Shown in pieces: positions 21,885 to 31,779 of a stretch of 64,000 bases of DNA. Made by a program: the position numbers and the translations under genes. Within the stretch, counting starts at the first letter, position 1. Every line of letters starts with the position of its first letter. Source of the DNA: an uncultured delta proteobacterium (GTDB lineage Bacteria > Desulfobacterota > Desulfobacteria > Desulfobacterales > Desulfatirhabdiaceae); the NCBI GenBank assembly GCA_963789395.1, contig CAWBKP010000014.1, positions 32,001 through 96,000 of the forward strand, read 5' to 3'. The notes under the pieces were generated by a model. It was not told the origin of the DNA, searched no databases, and saw only the letters and a program-made list of their open reading frames with translations.

Positions 21885-23301
21885 TTATTGGACGTTCTGG
21901 ATTGATCCCAATACCGGGGCCTTCAGATGCGTTTCTATGTCACAAACTGTTTTCAACCGATGATCAAAATGCGCCATGATCAACGCAACGGCAATTCCCA
22001 GAAAAAATCCCGAGAACAGGCCTCCGACAATCAGCAGCAACCGGTTGGGTTTGATCGGCTTTAATGGCAATTCAGGGTTGTCGATAAGTGTCAGGGATGG
22101 CTTGACCTGATTGACGGACTGCGCCGTTCTGGCCTGTTCCAGTTGCAACCGCGATTGCATATAAAGCTCTTTTGTAATCTTGTATTCCTGCTTCAAATTT
22201 TCGTGAATGGCCTTTTCTCTGACTGTTGTCTGTATGCGTCCTTTAAGATCACGGATATTCTTTTCAAGTTGCTGTATCCTGGCGTCAATGTTTTCAGAAT
22301 TGATTTTTTGTGCTTTGATGGATCGTTTCGTTTCTTTTTTCAGAGAATCCACACCAAGACTCGATTCTTTTTCAGCCAGTTTTAATGGCTCTTGAGTTTC
22401 CCCCAATTGGGGTTTCATTTCATTCAACTGTTGATCAAGCTGTGACAGTCTGGATTTAAACACGGATATGGCATGTCCGGGCAGGCCCGTATCCGCCGGC
22501 ATAAGTGATCTTCCCTTTTTATTGATCTCCCGTTCAAGATATTCAATAGATACCCAAAGATCGGTCAATTCGGTTTGAAGCGCATCATGATATCGCAAAA
22601 ATTGAACCAACAGCGCATCGGGGGGGAACGACTGTTTTTCTTTAACGGATTCAATGCTCAGTATTTCAATTAAGGCAAGGGCTTGTCTGGTTTCAAAGTC
22701 ACTAAGCTTGTTTTCTTTGTCAATCATATCTTTGTGGCGTTTTTGGGTTTGCTCCTGAAAAAAAGAAACAGCGGAATCTGATTTAATATTAGATAGTTCC
22801 TGATAAACATCCAGATAACTCCGCGTAACGGCTGCGGCCATTTGAGCTGCCGCACAGGGCTTTCATCCCTATATTCCAGAACGAAAAAATTGGTACTTTC
22901 AAAATTTTCTACCTCTGGCAGGATTACATCCAGATTTTCCCGAAGCGCATCGATCTGTCTGCCGGAGACTGGCAGCGGGATTGCCGGCGTCAATTGCTGG
23001 AAAGCTTTTGTCAATACCCGGCTGGATAGAATCAGCTCTCTTTGATCCTGAAATACACGTCGTATCCGGTTCCGATAATCGAATGAATATTCCTGCTGCA
23101 AGGGATTCAGGCTGCCGGATCGGTCCATGAGAATTTGGCGATAGCGCAATAAACGGACGGGACCATCATGGCAATGGCTGTTGAAATCAATGAAACGGCC
23201 AGAAACACCATAACAATCAATTGCATCCGATCAAACACAACAAACACAAATCTTCGAAATGTGTCCCGCATGACTGCTCTCATCCTATGGGGTTGGACCA
23301 T
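21885..23301 (-). CDS. Wzz/GumC-type polysaccharide co-polymerase (frameshifts near 23125 and 22845)
   Basis: N-terminal TM plus PSVY.A, ELILSSRVL, coiled coil, LIDNPELPLKPIKPNR plus C-terminal TM and PVLGSI across three consecutive ORFs. Confidence 0.78.
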
Positions 23302-23863
23302 TGATATGGTAATTCACAGAAAAATCGTCACTGGCAGCATCGAATATATTTCCTAACATCATCTATCCCCTTCTGTCTTCCGCAGCCATGATCGTGTCAG
23401 AGGATATGGGAAATTAGGATCCGATGACATATCAAAAATCCCGATTGTTTCTATCTCATCCAGGACATGGGTTTTGGTCGGATAAGCATAGAAAAAAAGA
23501 TTCTTCTTTTTTCTATAGGCAAAACAGGGTTAAATATTCAAGATATATTTTTGTTAGTGATCCCAAGACGCTGATTCCGAACCCGCAGACATGGGATAGC
23601 GTAAGATTCTGGCGCTCTCGCTTGATCGGCTGTCAGTAAAGAAGGGGACAGCTTATCAGCTGAGCCTATTTAAAAGCTGATATCGATGTGAAAAGTGTTG
23701 ACTGCAGAAGGTTCAGGGGATTCAACTTATAGAGGAAGACAGGGCTGCCATATGGGCTGTATTTGAAGCAGATGAAATCGCCCGGCTTTTTACAACATAA
23801 TGCCGGGCAATTCGAAGGACGGAAAGTTTCAGCGTGTTATTAAGTGCAGTCGTGCGCAGCTGG

Positions 23864-24466
23864 TTATTTGGATTTGCCTTTTGCAGGGGAAACCGCCGCT
23901 GCACTCGGTTCATTTTCCATGTTGCGGCCCTGCATCATGGGGCAGTCCATCATGCCCTTGCCATGTCTCATCCCTTTCATTTGCATCATCTCGGACAGTT
24001 TCTTTTTTTGCTCAGGCGTCAACTTGGTTTTCACATCCTCGATTCCTTGAATATGCATCATGGCAGCTTCTGTTTTTAAGGATGCAATCTGCTTGACCTT
24101 GGTCTCAGCAGCCTTGACATCAACCGAATCTTTCTCCAGAATTTCTTTCAATTCAATCTCAGCCACACCGATATCGGCTCGTTTTTTTATCATTTCTTTC
24201 TGAAGTTGCTGTAAAATCGACTTCACTTCCGTCGACTGATTCTCATCAAGACCCAGTGCACTGATAACATGCATGGCATGGGCACCATCCCACATTCCCA
24301 TGCCAACGCCGCCACCCATACCCATGCCGGACCCCATGCCACATTTACCATTCAAGCCCATCCCCGGACCCATTCCCTTGCCTTTGGCCATTTGAGCTCC
24401 GGCACCAGCCACAAGCAATCCGGAAATAAAACATATTGTAATTATTGCAATTCCAGTTCTTTTCAT
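23864..24466 (-). CDS. Spy/CpxP/ZraP-family periplasmic protein
   Basis: Signal peptide, Gly/Met-rich tract, LGLDENQ and LTPEQ motifs. Confidence 0.85.
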   Translation of the reverse strand: MKRTGIAIITICFISGLLVAGAGAQMAKGKGMGPGMGLNGKCGMGSGMGMGGGVGMGMWDGAHAMHVISALGLDENQSTEVKSILQQLQKEMIKKRADIGVAEIELKEILEKDSVDVKAAETKVKQIASLKTEAAMMHIQGIEDVKTKLTPEQKKKLSEMMQMKGMRHGKGMMDCPMMQGRNMENEPSAAAVSPAKGKSK

Positions 24467-24530
24467 CAGGTGCTCCCTTTTTTGTAGATTGATAATAACT
24501 CTCTCGGATATTTAGGATGACAACAGAGAA

Positions 24531-24546
24531 AGCAATTCATATGCCA
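24531..24546 (-). promoter_or_regulatory. sigma54 promoter of the Spy/CpxP/ZraP-like gene
   Basis: Reverse complement TGGCATATGAATTGCT is a near-consensus -24/-12 element about 65 nt upstream of the start. Confidence 0.75.
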
Positions 24547-24717
24547 ATAAGCTACAGACATAAAAACCGATGACCCCATTGTATCTTTGTTTAAGATAAT
24601 ACACCCGCAACGTCTTGTTAGGTCTATTGCGGCGAAAAATATCATCTGCGATGTTTGCGACGATATTGGGTTGCAGACCCCATCAAGAATATGGGCAGTT
24701 CATATCCATGTGGATAT

Positions 24718-25653
24718 TTAATATCCATCTGCATGTCCATGTTTTCCGGCAATACCTACCCAGCCGTCTTTTGACAGAACATCAATAATCCGGAATCCGG
24801 TTGCTTTCATTTTGTCGACAACCTTATCCTGGTTGGCCTCAATGATCCCTGAACATATCAACATCCCACCCGGCAATAACACGTGTTGGATGTCATTCAA
24901 CAGCAACAATATAACTTCCGTTAAAATATTTGCCGAAATCAGCTGAAACCTTTCAGTCACAACATCCACCAGATTCCCGGATTTTACACAAAACCTGTCT
25001 GCGTCAATCTGGTTTAATAGAAGATTTTGTCTGGCAATTTCGCAGGCCACGCTGTCCGAGTCGGTTCCGAACAGTCTTGACGCGCCCAGCTTTGCCGCAA
25101 CTGCCATTAAAATGCCCGAACCTGTCCCCACGTCCAGAAACGCATCTCCTGGCTTCAGATATTCCTGAATCATCCGAACGCAGAGTGCGGTTGTGGGATG
25201 GGTGCCTGTACCAAAAGCCATCCCCGGATCGATCTCTATGACGATTTCACCTTCAGCCGGCGTGTATTCCCGCCAGGTGGGTTTAACCACCAGAATATCC
25301 GTCAGCTTTTCCGGCCAGAAATAGGCTTTCCAGGACTCCGCCCAATCCTCTTCATCCACCTCACTATAAAGAATATGAAAGGAAATGCCCTGATTTTGAT
25401 TGAGATCCGTCAGTCCCTGTTCCAATTTCAGGCGGTTTGATGCCAGCAACTCGTTTTGAGGGAAATAACCGGTTACGCTATGATGTTCTGGCTTTGGCAA
25501 GGCGTCCTCCCCCCAGCCTTCGGGGGGATCAAGATCCGGATCTTCCACCACGACCCCGGACAGGCCAATATCTTCAAACAAGCTTGCGATCAGGTCCACA
25601 GCCCGATCGGCTGGCACTGCATCCACGATGACCTTTGCGGCAATCCACTTCAT
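24718..25653 (-). CDS. prmA: Ribosomal protein L11 methyltransferase
   Basis: EEDWAESWKAYF, DPGMAFGTGTHPTT, LDVGTGSGIL, ANI; start overlaps the upstream stop (TAATG). Confidence 0.95.
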   Translation of the reverse strand: MKWIAAKVIVDAVPADRAVDLIASLFEDIGLSGVVVEDPDLDPPEGWGEDALPKPEHHSVTGYFPQNELLASNRLKLEQGLTDLNQNQGISFHILYSEVDEEDWAESWKAYFWPEKLTDILVVKPTWREYTPAEGEIVIEIDPGMAFGTGTHPTTALCVRMIQEYLKPGDAFLDVGTGSGILMAVAAKLGASRLFGTDSDSVACEIARQNLLLNQIDADRFCVKSGNLVDVVTERFQLISANILTEVILLLLNDIQHVLLPGGMLICSGIIEANQDKVVDKMKATGFRIIDVLSKDGWVGIAGKHGHADGY

Positions 25654-27020
25654 TAGGCAATCCCTTGATGGTAAAATCGTTCTTTGGGAGGATTGAAATA
25701 CCCATGGCAAACGCTGGGAAATTGTTCTCGGATCAATCTCAGGACGGTCTTCATTCCCAAGGGAGGACCGTGAACAGCCACCGTATGCATTGCCTCCAGG
25801 TATCGAACCGGATCGAAATTCAGGTTTCGCCACTGGATGAAGTGAAGCGGGTGCTTGCACAAAAAGCCCTTCAGCGCCTCGACTTCTTCGGGAGCATCCG
25901 TAAATCCCGGGCAGTTCAGGTAATTGATGGCCACATGCCGCTTGTGGCTGATGGCAAGATCGATGCTGGCTTCAACATCCTTGAATGCGTATCCTTTTGG
26001 CCGGAAATAGGCTTCATAACAACTGCTCCGGACACTGTTCATGCTGACGCGCATGCTGTCCATGCCCGCCTCGATGAGGGTGGAGAGGATTTCCGGCAGG
26101 CTGCCATTGGTGTTGATGTTGATGGTCCCTTCAAGGGTTTTGGAACGGATCAGACGAATAGCCGGTGCAATCACGTCCGCAGCCAGCAGGGGATCTCCTT
26201 CGCAACCCTGACCGAAGCTTACCACGGCAGACTTTACCCGACGGATATGGTAAAGGGCGATTTCGGCGATCTCATCAGGCGTGGGCGTGAAGGCAATGCG
26301 TTCCTGGCTGTTTGAAACGACTCCCTCCTGCTGAAGGGATAAGCACCCGAGGCACCCGGCATTACAGAAACGGGATGTGGGCAGCGGGGCTTCATACCTG
26401 CCCAGAAAAAAATTTTTGCCTGCCGGGCACCCGTAGGTCATGGCGCAATGCTCAAGATGCGCCCGAAGCCGGTTGGAGGGAATCTGTTTTCGAATCGCCT
26501 TTATCCCTTTTAGCACATCCTCGGTTTTCATAAACCGCAGATCCTGCCGGGGCTCATCGTCAACCAGGACAACAGCGGAGCGAAAATCACCTGCATGCCA
26601 ACCGACGGCGCCATAGGAAAAAAGCGGCAGAATCCGGGCGCCCGGCGCTTCCTGGTAGGCGCAGTTATGCGTTAACACATACCCAGGAGAATTGAATGCC
26701 GCTACCGGGAACAAAGGACTTCCGGGCTGATACGGGTTTTCCCGAAGCGCCTCGAGTTTTCCGGTTGTCAGATTGCGAACGATGGGCATGCGATCCGGCA
26801 GAAACATAAGCTCGCTCCCGTAAGGCAATCGCTGCGTCTGCCCGGCAGTCAACGGTGTCAACAATTCCCCGTCCATACCGACAGCCGCATATCCTTCAAG
26901 CTCAAAAATCTCTCCTGAAGCACCGGCAACAACGGCGGTCAACAGGCTTCGGTTTTTGTTCCGCGGATGACTTCCTTTGTGCTTCCGGGCAAAGCCGTCT
27001 TTTTTATTCCGATTTTTCAT
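25653..27020 (-). CDS. Radical SAM protein of unknown function
   Basis: CNAGCLGC (CxxxCxxC), SFGQGCEGDPL, NTNGS. Confidence 0.88.
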   Translation of the reverse strand: MKNRNKKDGFARKHKGSHPRNKNRSLLTAVVAGASGEIFELEGYAAVGMDGELLTPLTAGQTQRLPYGSELMFLPDRMPIVRNLTTGKLEALRENPYQPGSPLFPVAAFNSPGYVLTHNCAYQEAPGARILPLFSYGAVGWHAGDFRSAVVLVDDEPRQDLRFMKTEDVLKGIKAIRKQIPSNRLRAHLEHCAMTYGCPAGKNFFLGRYEAPLPTSRFCNAGCLGCLSLQQEGVVSNSQERIAFTPTPDEIAEIALYHIRRVKSAVVSFGQGCEGDPLLAADVIAPAIRLIRSKTLEGTININTNGSLPEILSTLIEAGMDSMRVSMNSVRSSCYEAYFRPKGYAFKDVEASIDLAISHKRHVAINYLNCPGFTDAPEEVEALKGFLCKHPLHFIQWRNLNFDPVRYLEAMHTVAVHGPPLGMKTVLRLIREQFPSVCHGYFNPPKERFYHQGIA

Positions 27021-27292
27021 GTTTTGAACATTTACACTTTAAACTGGATCGATTTACAGTTTTTTTTAACGCGATTCATCCCTGCGAATGCCGGAATCCG
27101 GCAAATCAGATATCCCCTTACGAAAAAGGTGACCAGCTGATTTCATGTTGATATGCCTCAGGCATCTGGACCGATTCCATTCAATCCGATTTTCATCCAA
27201 AAGACAAGTGCTATCCGATGAGTTGCCGGACTCTATCCCTTTTTATTCTCTCTTGAACTCCAGTTCGAAATTCATATATTATCAACACGGTT

Positions 27293-27352
27293 ATGTTCGC
27301 CGGATCCGGACAACATGATGTGATGTTTCAGCATAGGTCGAAGTGTTGGTGA
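27293..27352 (+). CDS. Putative leader peptide MFAGSGQHDVMFQHRSKCW
   Basis: Short ORF ending in a Trp codon just before a terminator hairpin upstream of trpG/pabA. Confidence 0.4.
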   Translation: MFAGSGQHDVMFQHRSKCW

Positions 27353-27366
27353 GTTATGTAACAGGC

Positions 27367-27403
27367 AAACGCCACCCAGACTCCGTGTCAGGTGGCGTTT
27401 TTT
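27367..27403 (+). terminator. Leader (attenuator-like) intrinsic terminator upstream of trpG/pabA
   Basis: AAACGCCACC...GGTGGCGTTTTTT, 17 nt before the start codon. Confidence 0.7.
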
Positions 27404-27420
27404 AATGGCAAAGAGGAAAG

Positions 27421-28008
27421 ATGGCGTTGAAATTGCTTGTTCTCGATAATTACGATTCTTTTACCTACAATCTGGTTCAGATGTTTCGTATTTATCCCCT
27501 GGATATCGATGTGGTCAGAAGCGATCGGATTGAACCGGACGAAGTTGAAATTAGAAGGCCGGATTACATCCTGATCAGTCCCGGCCCCAGAGATCCGGCC
27601 CATGCCGGTGTTTCCATTCCCCTGATTCGCCGGTGGCATCGGCATATTCCCATTCTCGGCGTATGCCTGGGAATGCAGTGCATGAACGAGGCCTTCGAAG
27701 GCAAAACCGTTCGTGCTCCGGTCCCAGTTCACGGTAAAGTCAGCGGAATTGAACATGGCGGAGCGGGTATTTTCAAGGGATTGCCCTCTCCCTTTAACGC
27801 CGCCAGATACCATTCCCTGATGACCGTGCCTGCTGACGCCAGCCCCCTGGAAATTACCGCACAAAGCACCGATGGGGTCATCATGGGGCTGTCGCATTCA
27901 AAATATCCCCTCCACGGCGTTCAGTTTCATCCCGAAAGCTTCATGACCGAATGCGGGGCGCAGTTGGTTGCAAACTTCCTCAACATCGCACCCCTTTTCA
28001 GTGCCTGA
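27421..28008 (+). CDS. Anthranilate synthase component II / aminodeoxychorismate synthase glutaminase subunit (TrpG/PabA)
   Basis: DNYDSFTYNL, SPGP, GVCLGMQ, RYHSL, GVQFHPES. Confidence 0.93.
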   Translation: MALKLLVLDNYDSFTYNLVQMFRIYPLDIDVVRSDRIEPDEVEIRRPDYILISPGPRDPAHAGVSIPLIRRWHRHIPILGVCLGMQCMNEAFEGKTVRAPVPVHGKVSGIEHGGAGIFKGLPSPFNAARYHSLMTVPADASPLEITAQSTDGVIMGLSHSKYPLHGVQFHPESFMTECGAQLVANFLNIAPLFSA

Positions 28009-28149
28009 AATTTTCCGGAACTAAAAAGTGACCCAGCAGGAACTATCCCTGTTGCGTTGAATTCGCTATCCTTATATTGCATTCGGGCTGTCTATATTGT
28101 ATGAAAAAAATGAATTCTAGACCATTCAGGGAGATTCATCACTACTGCC

Positions 28150-28956
28150 ATGGAATTTCAGATTTTGTCTCATCAAATGTTGCTGCGGATCATAGGTGGC
28201 ATCATGTCGGTGATATCCATGTCCGGCTGCGGAGATAAAAATCCCGCATCCTCCCAGCCCACCCCCCATCAGACTGCTCACATCATCACCATCGTGGCCC
28301 TGGGCGACAGCCTTACCGAGGGGTACGGGGTAGAAGAACACCAGGCTTATCCGGCCATTATTGAAGACAGGCTTCAAAAAGAGGGGGTTTCCTGCAAGGT
28401 CATCAACGCCGGCATCAGCGGCGAGACCAGCAGCGGACTGCTGTCCCGCATAAACCGGGTGCTCTTGCTGAAACCCGACATCGTCATTCTGTGCACCGGC
28501 GCCAATGACGGCCTTCAGGGCATGGATCTTCGCCTGATACAAAACAACATTTCCCGGATGGTTCGAATATTCAAGGAACACCAGGTCACGGTGGTTCTGG
28601 CAGGCATGAAAATGCTGGTCAATTATGGTCCGTCTTATACCGAGCCGTATGCCCGGCTGTATGCGGAAATTGCCGATCAGGAAAAAATTCTCTTTATCCC
28701 TTTCTTTCTGGAAGGCATTGCCGGAAATCCGGAACTCAACCTGGCGGACGGCATCCACCCCAATGCAAAAGGCTATCAGATCATTGCAGCATCGATTTAT
28801 CCGTATGTTTTAAAGGCCATCCATCAAAGACAGGGCCAGATAAAGCAAAGACGGGATCTATGGGCGCTGTCACAGAATCCGCGCCAGGACAATACAGTTT
28901 TTCTCATAGAGGATTTCATGCGGGCCGACCTCGGCCAAGACGTGTCTTTTTGGTGA
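28150..28956 (+). CDS. Arylesterase / TesA-like SGNH hydrolase, probable lipoprotein (true end may be near 28843)
   Basis: GDSLT, NAGISGET, GAND, DGIHPN; SGC lipobox-like; the last ~29 codons overlap the opposite-strand gene. Confidence 0.85.
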   Translation: MEFQILSHQMLLRIIGGIMSVISMSGCGDKNPASSQPTPHQTAHIITIVALGDSLTEGYGVEEHQAYPAIIEDRLQKEGVSCKVINAGISGETSSGLLSRINRVLLLKPDIVILCTGANDGLQGMDLRLIQNNISRMVRIFKEHQVTVVLAGMKMLVNYGPSYTEPYARLYAEIADQEKILFIPFFLEGIAGNPELNLADGIHPNAKGYQIIAASIYPYVLKAIHQRQGQIKQRRDLWALSQNPRQDNTVFLIEDFMRADLGQDVSFW

Positions 28957-30420
28957 TCAGCAAATCCCCTGAAGCCGGTTGGCGCATTTGCACCAGTTTG
29001 TGGCTATAAAACATGAAACTGGGCAGGGTATGTCCCCACATCACCGCGCGTTCGGGAAGCCGGGAGGCAATCATGCGCCGCTTCGCCGGACCGGAGACTG
29101 CATCAACTCCCCGATGCGCGGCATCAGGGCCAGATTGATCAGAAGCAGATAGGCTACGGAAACCACGATGGCAGGCTTCAGTGATCCGGATTGCCTGACA
29201 AAGAAAAGAAGCAACACGGAAAAGGTCAGAAGACCGCAGAATAGATAATAGCCCGCACCAAAGAGCGATTGGCCGGCCCCCATCATGCAAGCTGCGAAAT
29301 CATCCCGGACATAACGGCATGACCGGCGAAATGGCCAGCGGAAGCATCAACAAATATCCCCAGAAAAGCGGCTGCCGGCACAAGATATGATCGCAGTCGC
29401 ACCAATCGTTCATAAACACCCCCATACAGAATGAAAAGCGGCGGAAATGCACTGAGAATATAATGGGGGAGCTTGGTGCTCCCGAAAGAGAACAGGATCA
29501 GCACAAACCCGACCCAGATGAAACAGAAACGATATACATCCTGCTTCAGAAGCGATTTGGCCTGGCGAATCAGGCCAAACAGCAGGCCGCAGTGGGGAAG
29601 CGTTCCGATAATGATCACGGGAAGATAATAGAGCAGGGATCCGGAATGTCCTTCAAATGTCCGGGAAAACCGTTCCAAATTGTGTTTTAGAAAGAAATCC
29701 TGTATAAATATCATGCCCTGATCCAGGTATTCCAGCACATACCAGGGAAGCGCTATGGCCATAAAGATCAGAATCGCCGGAAGGTTAAAAACCATCTTCA
29801 GCCAGAGTCGGAACTGTCTTTGCATCAGGCAATAAATCAGGCTGACACCAAACGGAATGACAACAGCTACCGGGCCTTTGGCCAGAAAACCAAGCCCTGC
29901 ATAAATGGCGGCGGTATAAATCCGGCGATTACTGGTTTTGCGTGTATTCATACAGATGAAAGAGGCATTGGGTCAGGAAAAGATTCAGGGCGGAATCAAC
30001 AATCGCGGCCTTGCCGGTAATGGTAACCTGGATGGCACTGATGAAAAACAAGGCCGACAGAAAGCCGCTTTGAAGCCCTATATGGCGACGGGTAAAGCTG
30101 AAAATCGCCAGCATCCACAGAAAGGTTGCCAGGGCGGACGGGAAGCGGGCTGCAAATTCATTCTGGCCGAAAATTCGGAAGCTGATCACCTGAAGCCAGT
30201 ATATGAGAATGGGTTTATCATATTGCGGTGCGCCATTGATATGAGCGGTGAGGTAGTTTCCGTTTTCAAGCATTTCCCGGCTGGCTTCCGCATAAAACCC
30301 TTCGTCCTCATCAAAAAGCGGAGCGGCCCCCAGCAGGGGAAAAAGGCTGAGAAAAGCAATGCCAATCAGTATCGCTATCCGATAATCAAAATTGGGAAAG
30401 CGGCGGGTAAGCCATTTCAT
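28870..30420 (-). CDS. ArnT-like glycosyltransferase family 39 (several frameshifts)
   Basis: LFDEDEGFYAEASREM, YDKPILIYWL, ARFPSAL, LAKGPVA, TKLPHYIL over consecutive ORFs; reconstructed C-terminus ends EKNCIVLARIL-stop at 28870. Confidence 0.82.
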
Positions 30421-30594
30421 GATCGTATCCTGTCGTTGAAGTCGCGAAATCCCAACTTAATGATAACGCTTTATGAACTGATCTGATGATCGTTCGGCAT
30501 CTAACCCCGATATCATATTTATTGCAAAGATAGAGAAAATTATCATGTTTCACACTGAAATGAAAGCCGTTTCCAAGCGGAGCGGAACTGGCCC

Positions 30595-31620
30595 ATGAAA
30601 ATGCGTAACCGGCACATTCAAAAATGGATTGCGGCGATATCACTTGCCATGGCCATCGGCGGCACAATCTGGTGGCATATTTCCCTGAATCCCCGCTTTT
30701 CCCCGGTGATCGAAAACCAGGTTTACCGCAGTGCCCAGCTCTCGACTTCCCGCCTGGATGCCGTCATTCAGGCTTATGGCATTCGTACCATCATTGCCTT
30801 GCTGGGACCTGAAAAAGGCGCCCTCTGGTATGAGAAAGAAAAGGCCGTCGCCGAACAGCCATCAGGTTCAGTTGCTGAATATCGGGTTTGGCTCCCATGA
30901 ACTTCCCCAGTCCAACCGATTGAATCAACTGGTGGATGCGCTGCTTACCGCCCCGCGTCCCATCCTGCTGCACTGCCACAGAGGGGCGGACCGAACCGGC
31001 ATGGCCAGTGCCATCGCCCTGATCCTCAATGGCGACCGCATCCCTTGAAACCATCAAAAAGCAGTTTTCCTGGCGGTTCGGCGTCATACCATATTCAGAT
31101 TCCATCGGCATCATCTTTTTCAATCAATACAGCCAATGGCTCAAAGCAACCGGCAGGCGCCACAGCCGGGACAATTTCCTGGACTGGATCCGCAACGACT
31201 ATGTGGATCCCAAGGGGAATATCGAGTATGACATCGACAGCATCAATGACAAAGGGCTTTGAATACAGCAGGTGGAAGGACAGGCGGGTGGCAACGGTTC
31301 AAAAAGGGGCAGCGCATTATATTATTCAGGGATGGGCAGTGGATCCCTGGAGACTGTCCCAGGTGGATTCACTCCAGATCGGCATCGGCAGGACTTTCCG
31401 GCAGGCTGTCTCTACCCCTGCACGAACCGATTTCCCGCCGATTTTAGGACTTTCCGGCTCATTGAATCTGCTGCTGCCTCTGGAATGGGAATGTAATTTT
31501 GATGATCAGGATCTGATACCCGGCTGCCATGATATCCAACTGTCGATTGGCGAACCCGGCGCTATCAAAACAGTGATCCATACCCGGATACAACTTTGCA
31601 TCGAAGACAGCGGCAAATAA
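30595..31620 (+). CDS. Membrane-anchored dual-specificity/tyrosine phosphatase-family protein with C-terminal extra domain (three frameshifts)
   Basis: N-terminal TM, VYRSAQ, HCHRGADRTG (CX5R); C-terminal beta-rich segment IIQGWAVD. Confidence 0.72.
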
Positions 31621-31779
31621 AGCGCTATCTTGCCACGGTCTTAATTCACCAGTCGGTTTTCCTGGAGCCCGCATTCAGCAAACAATTTTCATTGGCCGCT
31701 AGAAGATCATACGGCGGATCAAATCCTATGCTTTCAGCAATTTTAGGGATGAAGGAGGTTGTGGGCGGAGAATCATCAC

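Noticed and set aside
24290..24385. Repeated CCCAT(G/A/T)CC units
   Set aside because: Codon repeats of the Gly-Met tract in the Spy/ZraP-like protein.
27076..27101. TCATCCCTGCGAATGCCGGAATCCGG resembling a REP-like palindrome (GTCATTCCnGCGAAnGCnGGAATCC)
   Set aside because: Single degenerate copy with no partner or associated transposase in the window.
30595..31620. Selenocysteine or stop read-through as an explanation for split ORFs
   Set aside because: Continuations are in different frames, not in-frame past TGA.
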